The notes below the pieces were generated by a model. It searched no databases. It saw only the letters and a list, made by a program, of their open reading frames with translations, and was not told the origin of the DNA. Shown here one piece after another: positions 24,830 through 36,900 of a DNA stretch of 64,000 bases (the first letter of the stretch is position 1; each line of letters starts with the position of its first letter). The DNA is from Azolla caroliniana (taxonomy: Eukaryota > Plantae > Polypodiophyta): NCBI GenBank assembly GCA_043228905.1, contig JBHGNT010000011.1:8060001-8124000 (forward strand), in the 5' to 3' direction. Both the position numbers and the translations under genes were made by a program.

Positions 24830-26179
24830 CTTCCTACGAAGTCGCAACTCACCACACGGCATTTAAACTAGTATATGAACAAGAAGCAGTATTGCCCATC
24901 GAGTTCCTTGTCCCCAGCCTCAGGATAACCATACAAGAATGATGGGATGGGGACCCCCTCCCGTCACGCCCCACAGAACCTAGAACGCCTGACTGAAACT
25001 CGCATTCTCGAATTTCAAGCACTCTTGGTAGAGAAAGCCAATAGAAAGGCGTGGCACGACAACAAAGTAAGAGATAAAGATCTCACTGAAGGAGACATGG
25101 CTCTCAAATTCGCCTCTCAACTGCACAAAAAGAAGCTTAAATTACGTGGTGAAGGCCCATATGTGGTCTCAGAGATTACCAAGACATGAGTATGTCGAAT
25201 ACGCACGCTCGAGGGCCTCGACATCCTAGGATTCATCAATGGGAACAAGCTCAAACGTTACTACGAACCCCTCACCCTCGAAGCCCTACTCACGGTTCGG
25301 CAATGAGAAGTGGAAGCCAAACTTAAGGCATCTGAAGGTCGAATGGCCCGACTAGAAACCGACCTTTGCAATGCACAAGCGAAATTGAAACAACAAAGGG
25401 ACACCCACCCAGGAGCCATGGCTAAGGCGGTCAACTCTAATGATGGGACAATGCAACTCCCACGCTTCGCCGACAACATGCCTTTAATGGTGGTAATCGA
25501 CACAGGAGCATCACTAACCCTTTTCTCCTTCGAAACATGGGGACGTCTAGGTCGCCTAGGCCTTGAAGTATGCAACGACAACTTCTGTGGCTTCGATGGT
25601 TCCACATCATGCTGTCTTGGAACCTTCGTGTGTAACATCAAGATAGAACACATTGACCACTCAATCCGAGTTCGGGTACTCCCACCCGAAGGGATGTACA
25701 CCTAGTGCCTCCTCGGTTTGGATTGGTGTCACATAAGCGAGTGCCTCCTGTCACCAAGCAAGAACATCGTCTCCTTCCAAACGGCAAATGGGGTGAGGTC
25801 CGAGAAACTCATTGCAACAACACTCGAATCACGTCCCACTGACCTCGATGAACTCCAAAGCGTGAAACCGCCCAACCAAAAAGAACACACACACTTATTG
25901 ACCATCCATGACCAGAGCAACGCTAACATCAGAACAAAGACACCTACGCCACGCAAATGGGTGAACATCCACACGATTTTCGCTGAAGGACCCCGCCGCG
26001 ACGTGATATTTGGCGAGTCAGAAAAGCACTCACAAACGCCCAAGGTTGGCACAAAGACGCCACTAGCTTCTGGTACCCGAAACGAAGCCGACTCCCCATC
26101 CGCGACTGTACCACGACTACACCCAACACGCGACAATTGCGCACATTGGTTAAATACCCCGCCCAGGTTAAGGACATAG
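24830..26179 (+). pseudogene. E integrase C-terminus followed in frame by a coiled coil and a retropepsin-like domain
   Basis: ORFs at 24947, 25310 and 25718 share one frame: GEGPY..INGNKLKRY, then VVIDTGAS..GFDG..LLGLDW. Confidence 0.8.
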
Positions 26180-27423
26180 AAATCGACAAGATTAAATAGC
26201 TACGGGGCCGAACGCCCTATAAAAGTACTTCACAAGCCCCCATCGTCCCTTTGACAAAGACGTCACATGTGTGGGTCCTTAAAAATATACAAAGACCCTG
26301 GGACAACACTCGAACGACACACCTCCTACGTCCACTCCCTCAAGTCCTCCCAAAAACTCCTAATTTCCCTAAACCCTTGCGAAAGCCCCAGTGGACCCCC
26401 GCCCAACTCTACCGTCCGCATATAAACCTTGGCCTGCCCCACACTTTTTTTAACCCGCCGCCTACCTTATGCCATCCCAATCATCCACTACTCAACCCGC
26501 CTTCCCCCTCGACCTCTGTACCGCGCCCGGTAGACAATAACCCCCCCTTCAACCTCCCGACAACTTCTGATCTTCGACTTACCCTTTAATTTTAGGGGCA
26601 CCATGGATGATTATTTTTACTTGCAGTCGACCTATTTTTGGTTCAGCTCGTCCTTTTTCGTGTAACGCCACATAATAGTCTCGGTTTCTCTATTTGTTTT
26701 GTTTTGTTTTCGTTTTCGATCGTTTGTTTGTTATATAGTCATCTCGGTTTGTTTTATTCTTTGCTTTCATCTTATTTCCCCTGTTTTGTTTTTGTTTTCG
26801 ATTGTTTGTTTTCTATCGTCATCTTAGGTTGTTTTTTCTCCGTTGCTTTCGTTGTTCATTTGTTTTGTTTTGTTTTTTGTTGTTTTTTATGCTAGTCCTG
26901 GTGTGTTTTTTCTCTTCTCTTTGGTTTGGTTGTTTTCTCTTCCTCACCTCTCTCCCCCTCCAAATCCTTCTTCTTCCTCCTTTCCCCTCACGACGCTCTC
27001 TGTTTCTGCACCGTTCTTCCTACTCCCTCTACGTGTAAGCTCCTGCCCCCGTGCGTTGCATGCTACCTACTGTCGTTCTATGATCATTCCCCCTTCACCT
27101 CACCTTCTACGCGTCGTGTCTAACCACTACCTCCTCCTCGGGTAGGTCTCCTACTATGTTTTTAGTCGTTTTCAAGACGTGGGTTGCGAGCTACCTATTT
27201 TCGTTGCATCCATCCTCCTCCTCGCCTCGGGTAGAACTAATCATCTGTGGTCGATTGCTGGGTTTCGTTACTTTTCCTCCTGCGTGCTCAGTCCACAACA
27301 ACGCCATGCTCTTAACTTCCTCTTGTGGCGGCCACGACGACTGCCACGTCATTCCCGCCCCCTCCTATCGCTAGTGGCTATCGGCCTATTTCACGCGTGG
27401 CGTAGCCGCTTTCCCTCACCACT

Positions 27424-27872
27424 GGTTCGAGGAGAGGCCCTCCTCGAACCCGTGACCCCTTAAACCTCTCCCCCCCCCCCCCCCCCCCCCCCCCGGTTCG
27501 AGGAGAGGCCCTCCTCAAACCCGTGACCCCTTGAACCTCTTCCCCCCGGTTCGAGGAGACTTACTCCTCGAACCCCTCCCCACCGGTTTGAGGAGAGGTT
27601 CTTTCAAACCCCTTACCCCTTGAACCCTCTACCCCCGGTTCGAGGAGACTTACGCCTCAAACCCCTCTTCACCGGTTTGAGGAGAGGTCCTCTTTGAACC
27701 CTTACTCCTCAAACCCCCTACTCCTCGAACCCATCCCCACCGGTTCGAGGAGAGGTTCTCTCCAAACCCCTACTCCTCGAACCCCTGACCCCTGGTTCGA
27801 GGAGACTTACCCCTCGAACCCCTTACTTCTCGAACCCCCTACCCCCGGTTCGAGGAGACTTACTCCTCGAAC
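27424..27872. repeat. Array of about 9 palindromic units GGTTCGAGGAG-n5-CTCCTCGAACC, with a C homopolymer
   Basis: Directly visible repeats with irregular C-rich spacers. Confidence 0.9.
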
Positions 27873-28137
27873 TTCTACCCACTAAACCCCTCCAAACCCC
27901 CCATCCTACGTTCCATTCTAATAACTATACCTAGTCGCAATAAATCATTCATGTAATTAGGTCAATACAATATCGTGGTTGACAATTTTTTTAATAAATA
28001 AATAAATAAATAAAAATGATAAAGTAAAATAAAATAAAAATAAAAATAAAAATAATTCATTGTAGACAAGGGTGCACGCAAGAATTGGTATACTCCATTG
28101 AACTATACTAACCCTTTTTCCTAGCAGTTTATCATCA

Positions 28138-31068
28138 ATGGCCTCCACTCCATTCATCAAGCTCCTCCACGCGTACTACCCCGACACCGGTTGTGGTTCC
28201 TTGGTCATTCCGGCTGAGTTCAACAACACCTGATGTACTTACCGGGTACCCACGGCCGCCACGCAGCTCAAACTACCTTGAGCCTGACGTATTCAACACC
28301 CTTTCTCGACTCGGCCTCAAGTTCTTCCTCGGGATTGGCCCGTGGGGTGTACTTCCCGAGCTAGTCAACTAGTTCCTCGCGGGATACAACCCCGATACCG
28401 ACCACGTCTGTATGCACGCCTTCGTGGATACCCCCTCCGTTGAATTCCAGTTCACCGTCGCCGACGTTTGCACTATGCTGCATTTGCCAACGGATGACAT
28501 TCCCTTCCGCACCACGAAGACCCCTGGCGTCATCCCCAGCATCATCCCTACCACGTACACCGAATATTCTGGATGCGAAGGTTGGCGTTATACCGAAATC
28601 CCCCCTCACCTCCACGACCGTTGTAGCGCGATTTCCCAGATCGGTGACACCGCCTCTATCGACATTATCGCCCACAACAACGGTGAGTTCCTCAAGTGGG
28701 CACACGATCCTCAACGGGTCCAGTGGGCTTACGAACTTGTTCGACGGGTCAAGGAATGGCAAACCCGGCCCGAACCAGTAGTCAATTTCACGTGGTTGCT
28801 CACTCATTACTTGTGCGCAAAGTTCATCATCGGTCCTCCAGCCCCTCCCTTCATACGCTGCCAGGAGCGGCACCACAAGATAATAGTACCAGGTCAACCC
28901 GAGCGGCTCCGCATCCCAGAATGTGACTTCTTAAGACAGGTACACCAAGGCGAATGGGAATGCCCACCAACGCACAAACAACCCCAAATCACCCATGTGA
29001 CGACTAAAGATGCCCTTGACACACATGAGGATATCACAAAATGTGTCCGGGAATTCCAGAGAGGCGAATTCACCCCCACCGAAATCAAGGCCTTGTCTAC
29101 TACATTCCACTACGTGTCTCATTATACCATGGCCACGACCCCTCGTACCCGCACCTACACCATTGAATCAATCCTTCGTGGCCGAAGGATCCCGACGGCC
29201 CCACCCTTCCCAACCTCGCCGACCCCTCTCCCCCGAGAGTCCCCACCCGTCTCCCCTAGGACAAACACCCACCCACCACCCACCATGGCCACCGACGAAA
29301 CGCTGCAACCTCGACGCTGTAAGCTAGCCCGCCACAACACCCCTGAAGCCGAAACCCCCCTCGTTCCTCCCAAGAACCCCAACCCACCACCGTCCCCAAA
29401 CCCGGGCGTCACCTCCCAACCCTCCCCTGATCTCAACCAGACGACCACCCCACCAACACCCCTACCGGCCTCTATTCCTTGCTCTAACCCATCCATTGCC
29501 GCAACCGCCCGCCCTAACCCAACTCCCGCCACCCCCACCAAACCCTTAGCCAACATCCTCAAGATGACTACTATTGTGAATCGCCGCCTACTCGAAGTCC
29601 ACGCATAGGCCCAATAGACCGTCACAAACCAACAAGAAGCCTCTACAAGGAATGAGGTCTTGGCCTCCGAAGTGCAAAATGCCCACCATACCAACGCATG
29701 CCAAGCCGCTACGCACGACCACCTCAAGAAAGAACTGCTTGTTGAATGAACCCGACACCAAGAACTCGCCGACGAGTTCCACCAAGCCCGGACAACGTGG
29801 CACCACGACTAGGAACGCATGGCGCAAACACACGCCGAACTCTCTGCCGAGTACGTACGTCTCACCACACAACACCAAGAGATGGAAACCCACCTCACAA
29901 TGATGACGATTGACCTCTCCGCATGGTTCGACGCTTTGGCCAACGCCACAACCACAACTCACAGACTCACAAACGAGATCGCAACACTCAAAGCTGAACA
30001 TGACACTATGGTCCAACAAGTGGAGGTCGCTGATGAACGGAATCAATGCCTCCTCATCAAACACCGTCGTCAGTGTGCCGAACTCGAGAAGGACATCACC
30101 CAACTCCGCACAACTAAAGCCGCCCTTGAGCACGCCCTCAGCCCAGGCATGACCGACACCTCCACCATTCAAACACCTCTCCTTACTCCGCCCGGAACTT
30201 CGAATATGATTCTGGTGCTCTCGATGTATGTGACCTTGACATCTCTACTCTCCGAAATCTTCACCGCACCACATACACCGCGTAACCTTCTGGCCCAGGC
30301 CACGTGCGTACTTCGGTCATTGGCCGTTACACGTCGCATGTTCTTCGACGTGACCACCTCCCCGATTGGCAGAAGTTCATCCGAGTACTTCCAGAAGACA
30401 ACCACACCCTCGCCCTTTTTATGCTGTACCCGAAAACCACCGAGGAGCCCTCACCCCCAACAGGTGACCTCTTTCCCCAACATCTCCCTATTTTGTTTCT
30501 CGAAGGCATAGCCTACCTCCATACCTCCATCGCCTCGGACTTAGACATCACCGACCTGGTATGTTTCGCCTACTCTTCCGATGTCACAATGCAAGTCAAT
30601 GAAAACCAGTTGGCCCACCTCTTCACCACGCTGGTGCGCTTACACTGCATCGTCGACACTCTCACCCGCACCCTATTGGAGAGTGCTACTACCTACGTAC
30701 CCCCTTTCAGTTTCCTATGGTTAATACACGCTTGGCAAACTGCCTGGGACGTTGGGGTTCGTACTCACATATTCAGCATTGAATGTGCCGCATTCAACTG
30801 GCCCACTAATCTCGAGGCTGACGACATACAGGAGTTATCCCTCTACCTCGACGTCTCTCGTGAGTATCAACTTATGACTTTTGATGAGGCTTGTGCCCGA
30901 GCACTCCTAACCCCGCACCCCACTCACTCCCCGCCTGAGATCAACCCGAAGTGGGACCCCGACTCACTTGATGATCCTGACGACCGACCACCTCCACACC
31001 CTAACCCTACCTCATCCCCACCTCAAAGCAACACAACCACCCGGCGTCGGGCCTTGCCTTTGATTTGA
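28138..31068 (+). pseudogene. E extra ORF 3' of pol (unknown function; globular N-terminus, Pro-rich linker, coiled coil)
   Basis: Long ORFs 28412-29608, 29819-30511 and 30304-31068, linked by stops and frameshifts, between integrase and the PPT. Confidence 0.65.
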
Positions 31069-31449
31069 AGAAAGGCCCTACATGTCGTCAACTGGTCAAC
31101 CTCTAGACCCGCGTCAATGTGCTCCTTGCCACCTACAAACAGGATTTTGAAACCATGATCGACACACATTTTTTTCCCGTTTACATAAGTTTTGGTAGAA
31201 ACCCCCCTCTCCCTTCGCCGGCTACAACATCTCCACATGGATAGCTGGCCCCAAGAAGGACTTCTTAACGATGACCGATCAAATGCAAGAAATCTAGTTC
31301 CCGCCACTGAACATCTACCATCTTCGCAATCATCTTCGTTGCCGACCACCCCCCAATGAACCCCCCTACTCCATTCTTCTCGCCCCCGATGCCTGAAACT
31401 CTCCACCCGCAGTGCACCCAGGGGTGTGCACTCATTAGGTTGGGGGGGA

Positions 31450-32027
31450 TGTTAAGCGTTGGGATTAGACCACGACCCGTAATGAAGAAGAGCGCACCAA
31501 CAAGGACATAGTATGGCTAAAGGACCTACGAAGAGGGAACGACAAGAGGAAAGAGGACTAAGCGACACCCAAGTGTGAAAGGTCCACACCCTAAATGGAA
31601 ATGCTATATAAACCACATAGTGGTGGCTTTGTAAGGGTTCTTCCATTTGTAAAGATCTCCCTATTGATTAAAAGTCAGAGCTTCCTCTCCTCCTTCTTGT
31701 AACCTTTAAGCTTAAGAGAGATTAGTGAAGTGTTTCGTTAGAGAACACTAATCTCTCTTCCTTGTTGGTCCTAGACCTCTTAGCAAAGAGGGTTAATAAA
31801 CTTATTCATTATTCTTATTGTCTATATTCATTACCCTATTGTCTATGAGAGCAAGCTTGAGAGAGTGAGAGAGATATCGTGCTTAATCATCTATTAATTG
31901 TTAAATGAGTGTGAGGCTCGGAGATGCCCGACAACCATCTCCGCATTTCCCATCAAAAGGGTATACGCCGGTCTGAACTCCACAAACGACATCGAGGAGC
32001 AAACTCCATCGATACATAGATCCTACA
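31450..32027 (+). repeat. Element E 3' LTR
   Basis: TG directly after the PPT; CTATATAAA at ~31604; no second copy in the window. Confidence 0.7.
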
Positions 32028-32029
32028 CA

Positions 32030-32189
32030 GTTTTTGCTTCATGTTTTATAGTTTTCTTTCCCGCTTGGCGTGCTTCAAGTTTTACTCGTTTTCAGCTCCA
32101 CGTTTCACAGCTGCATTTTCTTCACTAACTTCCCTATTATGGTTGCATTTACCTACTTCACCTACATCCAGATTCATTTTATACCTACA
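32030..32189 (-). repeat. Element Z 3' LTR, first part
   Basis: TGTAGG on the minus strand, 2 nt after the same motif that precedes the 3' LTRs of A, F and G. No second copy in the window. Confidence 0.7.
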
Positions 32190-32232
32190 CCTGGCATGCC
32201 CGTGGGACAATGCCGTCGCATGTCGAACCCAC
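32190..32232 (-). promoter_or_regulatory. Hairpin plus anti-PBS (tRNA 3'-end-like) motif replacing the PPT in Z
   Basis: Element sense GTGGGTTCGACATGCGACGGCATTGTCCCACGGGCATGCCA-GG-TG. Confidence 0.8.
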
Positions 32233-33537
32233 CAAAATCGAAAAAGAACTCCACAATTTATATGGTACACTCATTCTTTGGTCAAAATGTCGAGGATGTC
32301 TTCGGAGGTTGGGTGCACGGTTGTTTCCTTCTTTGTGGGGTCTGCTTGGCCAATCGAGCTCGTGTTTGGTAGTTGTCCTTGTTGCTGGTGGGGTGAGGGC
32401 TTCCTTCTTTTTGTCTGGTCATGGTGTTGTCTCAGTCATAGCTTCGTCCATCTAGTTAGGAGTGGTTTTCGTGAAGGCCCGTTTGGTTTCAAGCATAAGC
32501 AGCAACTAGTCGTCATTAAATTCCTCAAGGAGGCTTTCGATTGCCATGGTGTGTGTTTTTGCCAAGGCTTGGAAGTCCTCGGTGAGGTCTTCTCAGACCA
32601 TTTGGATGCTATTTTTGTCCATTTTATAGAATCCGCGATCATCTTTCTTCTGATTGTTGGCGTCAGCCTATAAAACCTGGAGTTCGGCTGTTTGAGCCGA
32701 CCATTCCTTCTAGCCGCTGACGAGAGTCTCTTCAACCTTCTAGTTGAGCTTCTGACGTTGTTTGGCCACCAAGGTGTGGATTCGTTCCTCACACATGTCG
32801 TATTTAGCTTGGAGGGTGATTGTTTCTCTTTTAGCTTCTTCCACCTCCCGTTGCAGTTTGACCTTGATGATCTCGCATGATGTGTTGAGGGTGGCGAGCC
32901 TTGCCTCCGTCTCTTCTGTTAATTAGTCAAACCGTCAGAGAAGGTGATCCATGTTGTCGATGGATTCCTTCAAATACTGCTCGCATTGCCTTTCGAGTTC
33001 CAACGCTCTGTTTCTTTGATGTTCGGGAAGGGAGTCCACTAGTTGGCATCACTCTTTCTCGGTTTGGTCCAATTTATGCAAGAACTGACTGCAGCAGCCC
33101 TGCAGTTCCACAAGATCCTGGTTTAGAGATGTTATTTGTGCAGCAACTATATCTTGTGTAGTCTTGAGGGCCGTTGTGGAATTGTTTTCGGTTTCCTGGA
33201 GCTTGGTAATTCGGTCGTGGAGCAGTTCTTGTAGCTAGGCTTCCCTTTTCGTTGTGTGCTCCTTTATCTTGGTAGTCTCGGCTTTAGTTGTGTCGTATCG
33301 TTCCTTAGCTTTGTCCGCGATGGCCGTTTGAATGATAAGTTCTTCCTTATAGCGGCGGATGGCATCTTCGAACGGAACCGTGTTGTGACTGTCCTTGGTT
33401 TGGGTTGTGTCATCCTACTGTTGGGAACACCGTCATCTAATGCGGAACAAGATCGACACTCTTCTATGATAAGATCGAGAAAGGATGCAAGATCGTAACA
33501 TTTATGATCACAAAGACAAACCAATACAACTAGTACG

Positions 33538-33575
<38 letters not shown>

Positions 33576-33966
33576 AGGCACAATATAAAGAGTATATTAC
33601 AACTTAAAGCAACAACCACAAACCAGGATACAAAGTTAGTTTATATACTGACTAACTTAGGGCAACTGCCCTTCTCACTATTTACATAAATAGCGTAAGC
33701 CTAATGTGTACAAAAGGAGACGGTGTGAATGCGTACATTAGAAGCCAATATTCAACATGCCCCTGTAATGGGCGTATACATCCGAAATTTGTAATCCAAA
33801 ATGAATGTACAATACATATTGATACAAGGTTTACGAACAATCAAGAATTCGTTCGAGTCGGTGAACTCCGAAGAGTAGAAGGCCGTATTGGCCGAGTTCG
33901 GAGAGATTGAAGCCGAAGTTCGAACTATCCAGGTCTATTGTCCAAGTAACGTCCTGAGTATCCGAT

Positions 33967-36900
33967 TTAATCGGATTGATTTTTCGTTACACCCATTCGA
34001 TGCTGAAGGGATCGAAATCGATCCGCCGAAAGGCACTTGGTTAATGCGTCCGTGAGATTATCAGTTGTCGATATTTTCTCTAGACGGATTTTCCCTATGA
34101 TTACGAAGTCCTGAATGAAATGATATCGAACATCGATATGCTTGGAGGCGTTGTGATGAATTGGATTTTTCGATAGAGCAACATCACCCTTACTGTCATT
34201 GTACACAAATGGAGCTGAGCCGATTTCGGCTTGTCAAAACGTGCAAGCTAGCCAACCGAGCCATAAGGCCTCTTTCCTTGCATCGGATCCGGCGACGTAT
34301 TCGGCGACGTATTTGGCCTCGGTCATTGATGTGGCACTGCACTCCTGAAGTTTCGATTTCCATGAAATGGCTCCATTACTGAATTTGAAACAGTATCCGA
34401 TTGTCGATTTACGGCTGTCTATGCAGCTCGCAAAGTCAGAGTCAGTATATCCGACTACGCCTAAGATGTCGTTCAGGCCAAATAGAATACCAAGGTCTTT
34501 TGTGCCCACCAGGTATCTAAACACGTGCTTGACTACGTTCCAGTGCAATCGTCGGGGATTATGCATAAATCTGTTGACGACTCCAACGGTGTGAGCGATA
34601 TCAGGCCGTGTCGCGACCATTCCGTACATTAGGGAGCCTACTGCCGGTGCATACGGTACTGACTTCATAGTTTCCCCGAGTATGAATAGGGAGCGAGGTA
34701 GAGGTAGATTTCGCAGATTGCATATTGAAGCGTTCAAGGACACGTCCAATGTAGTCGGACTAGGACAGAAACAATTGTCGTTGATTGTGATTCCGACTTA
34801 TCTTCATACCAAGAATGTGTCGTGTCGGACTGAGATCCTTCATGGTAAACTTCAACCGTAGTTGGCAAACGAGTTCGGCTAGTTCGTCAGCATGGCATCC
34901 AGAGATTAGCATGTCGTCTACGTAGATGATGAGGAAGATGGGTGATCCATCTCGAGATGTTTTCATGAAGAGACAATGGTCCTCATCGCTCTTTGAGAAG
35001 CCGATTGATTGGATGAAGTCGTCAAACTTCTTGTACCACTATCGCGGTGCCTGTTTCAGGCCGTAAAGAGTCTTCCTGAGTCGGCAAACTGGATGTTCTT
35101 GGCCGGATGCCATAGAGCCTTTCGGCTGCTCCATATAAATTTCCTCCTCAAGATCACCGTGTAGGAAAGCCGTTTTGACATCTAGCTGAATCAGCTCCAA
35201 ATTTTCGGTTGCCACTGGTGAAAAAATTTCATCGAAATCGATGTCGTGTTCTTGTCAAAAACCCTTTGCTACTAATTGATAGGAATACACGCTCCCGATG
35301 AACAACGCTCTACCACAACCGAGGCTAGAATGAAACACAGAAAATAGGTAATGAACGCACGACACAATAAAGAGAAGAGTACACAGGATGTTAACGTGGA
35401 AAACCCAAACTAGGGAAAAACCACGACAGCCCACAGACTGCAAACTATCACTATATCACAATGTACAATAGTAAAGCACCGAGGCAACGACCTCGAGCTT
35501 GCTATCTGCGCCACAGGCGGCGGTTACAACAGAGGCAACTACCTCTTCTTCTCTCTCTCACTCTTTGTACACAGTTACGCGCTCTAATCTTGCACCAACA
35601 AGAAATGACAACAGTATACTAAGTTTGCCCTAAGTCATATTTATACTAATATGACTTTTCGTTTATTTACAAATATAGCCCCGATGGACTCTCAGAAACA
35701 TATTTACGAATATGTCCCTTCATCCGGTGAGCACTCCTCACCGGGCCTGCATCATCCGACGCTTGCCGGGCACTCGTCATCCGGTTCTCACCGGGTCTTT
35801 CGTTGCCGGGTACACCATATTCGGTTCTCACCGGGTCTTTCGTTGCCGGGTACACCATATCCGGTTCTCACCGGGTCTTCCGTTGCCGGGTACTCCACAT
35901 CCGGTTCTCACCGGATCTTCCGTTGCCAGGTACTCTACATCTAGTTTCGGCCTCGGCCGAGTTTGCTCATCAGCACTGTTCTTCTCACTTCTCATCCGGA
36001 GGGACCTGTTTCCTAACACTAATCTGGCTTTGAATTTTGGGTTGGCCGAATTAGATGTCTCCTTGATTTGATAAACCCACTAGCACGGAAGAGCACGTTG
36101 ATTTTTCGGTAATTCGACCAAGTCCCAAATCTTATTTGCGTGAATAGAGTTCATTTTGGACTCCATTGCCAAATGCCAGGTGGCCGAATTAGCTGTTGCC
36201 GATGCTTCTTCGTATGACGTCGGTTCTCTGGCGTCCATAACGAAGATACCATGAGGGTATCTCTCCGGGGGTTGTGACAGTCTCTCGAATCTTCGAGGTA
36301 TGATTGGACTAGTCGCATTTGGTGTCATGGTCGGGTGGTCCAGAGCCGAATTGTTCGGTTGTGCCGAGTCAAAATTCTCCGAGTCAGTGTTTGAAGGTTC
36401 AACTACATGTGAAGCTGACCGTGTGTTGTGCGTTGAGCCTTCGGGAAGGGTTGGCACATCGGAAAAGGTTACCCTTCGGACTTCGATTGGCTTTTCGATC
36501 GATTGATGCATGGCCAACTCATTGAACACGACGTCCGAACTTCGGACAATCTATCTGTGTTCAGGGTCCCAGAGTCGGTATCCCATTTCGTCATCTAGTC
36601 CACAGCCGAGGAAAATACATTTCCTGGACCATGGTGCAAGTTTGCAGCGATCATCTTTCGGGATGAGAGCATACGCCTCACATCTGAAAATCCTCAGCTT
36701 GTCGTAATTCGGCTTACTCCTGGTCCATAATTCTTGAGGTATCCAAAGTCCTAGAGGCCTACTCGGCGACATATTGATTATGTGTATTGTCGTAAGTAGG
36801 GTCTCTACCCAGAAGCCATCCAACAGTCCAGAGTGTTGGAGCATGGAAACTATCCGTTCTTGAATTGTCCGATTCATTCATTCAGCAATTCCATTTTGCT

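Larger units (their letters stand above)
24830..32027 (+). mobile_element. Element E, Ty3/gypsy 3' half, inserted in the Z 3' LTR
   Basis: Begins mid-integrase (TSYEVATHHTAFKLVY..EAVLPIEF); PPT TTGGGGGGGA 31440-31449; LTR from TG at 31450. The right end (32027 or 32029) is uncertain. Confidence 0.8.

Noticed and set aside
26638-27145. Hydrophobic env-like ORFs
   Set aside because: They are translations of T-rich low-complexity UTR, open in several frames.
27424-27872. CRISPR-like palindromic repeat array
   Set aside because: Spacers are irregular, repeat-derived and not unique; there are no cas genes; the context is a eukaryotic retrotransposon.
33542-33572. (GA)n and (CT)n microsatellites here and elsewhere
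   Set aside because: They are ordinary LTR-internal tracts that vary in length between LTR pairs.
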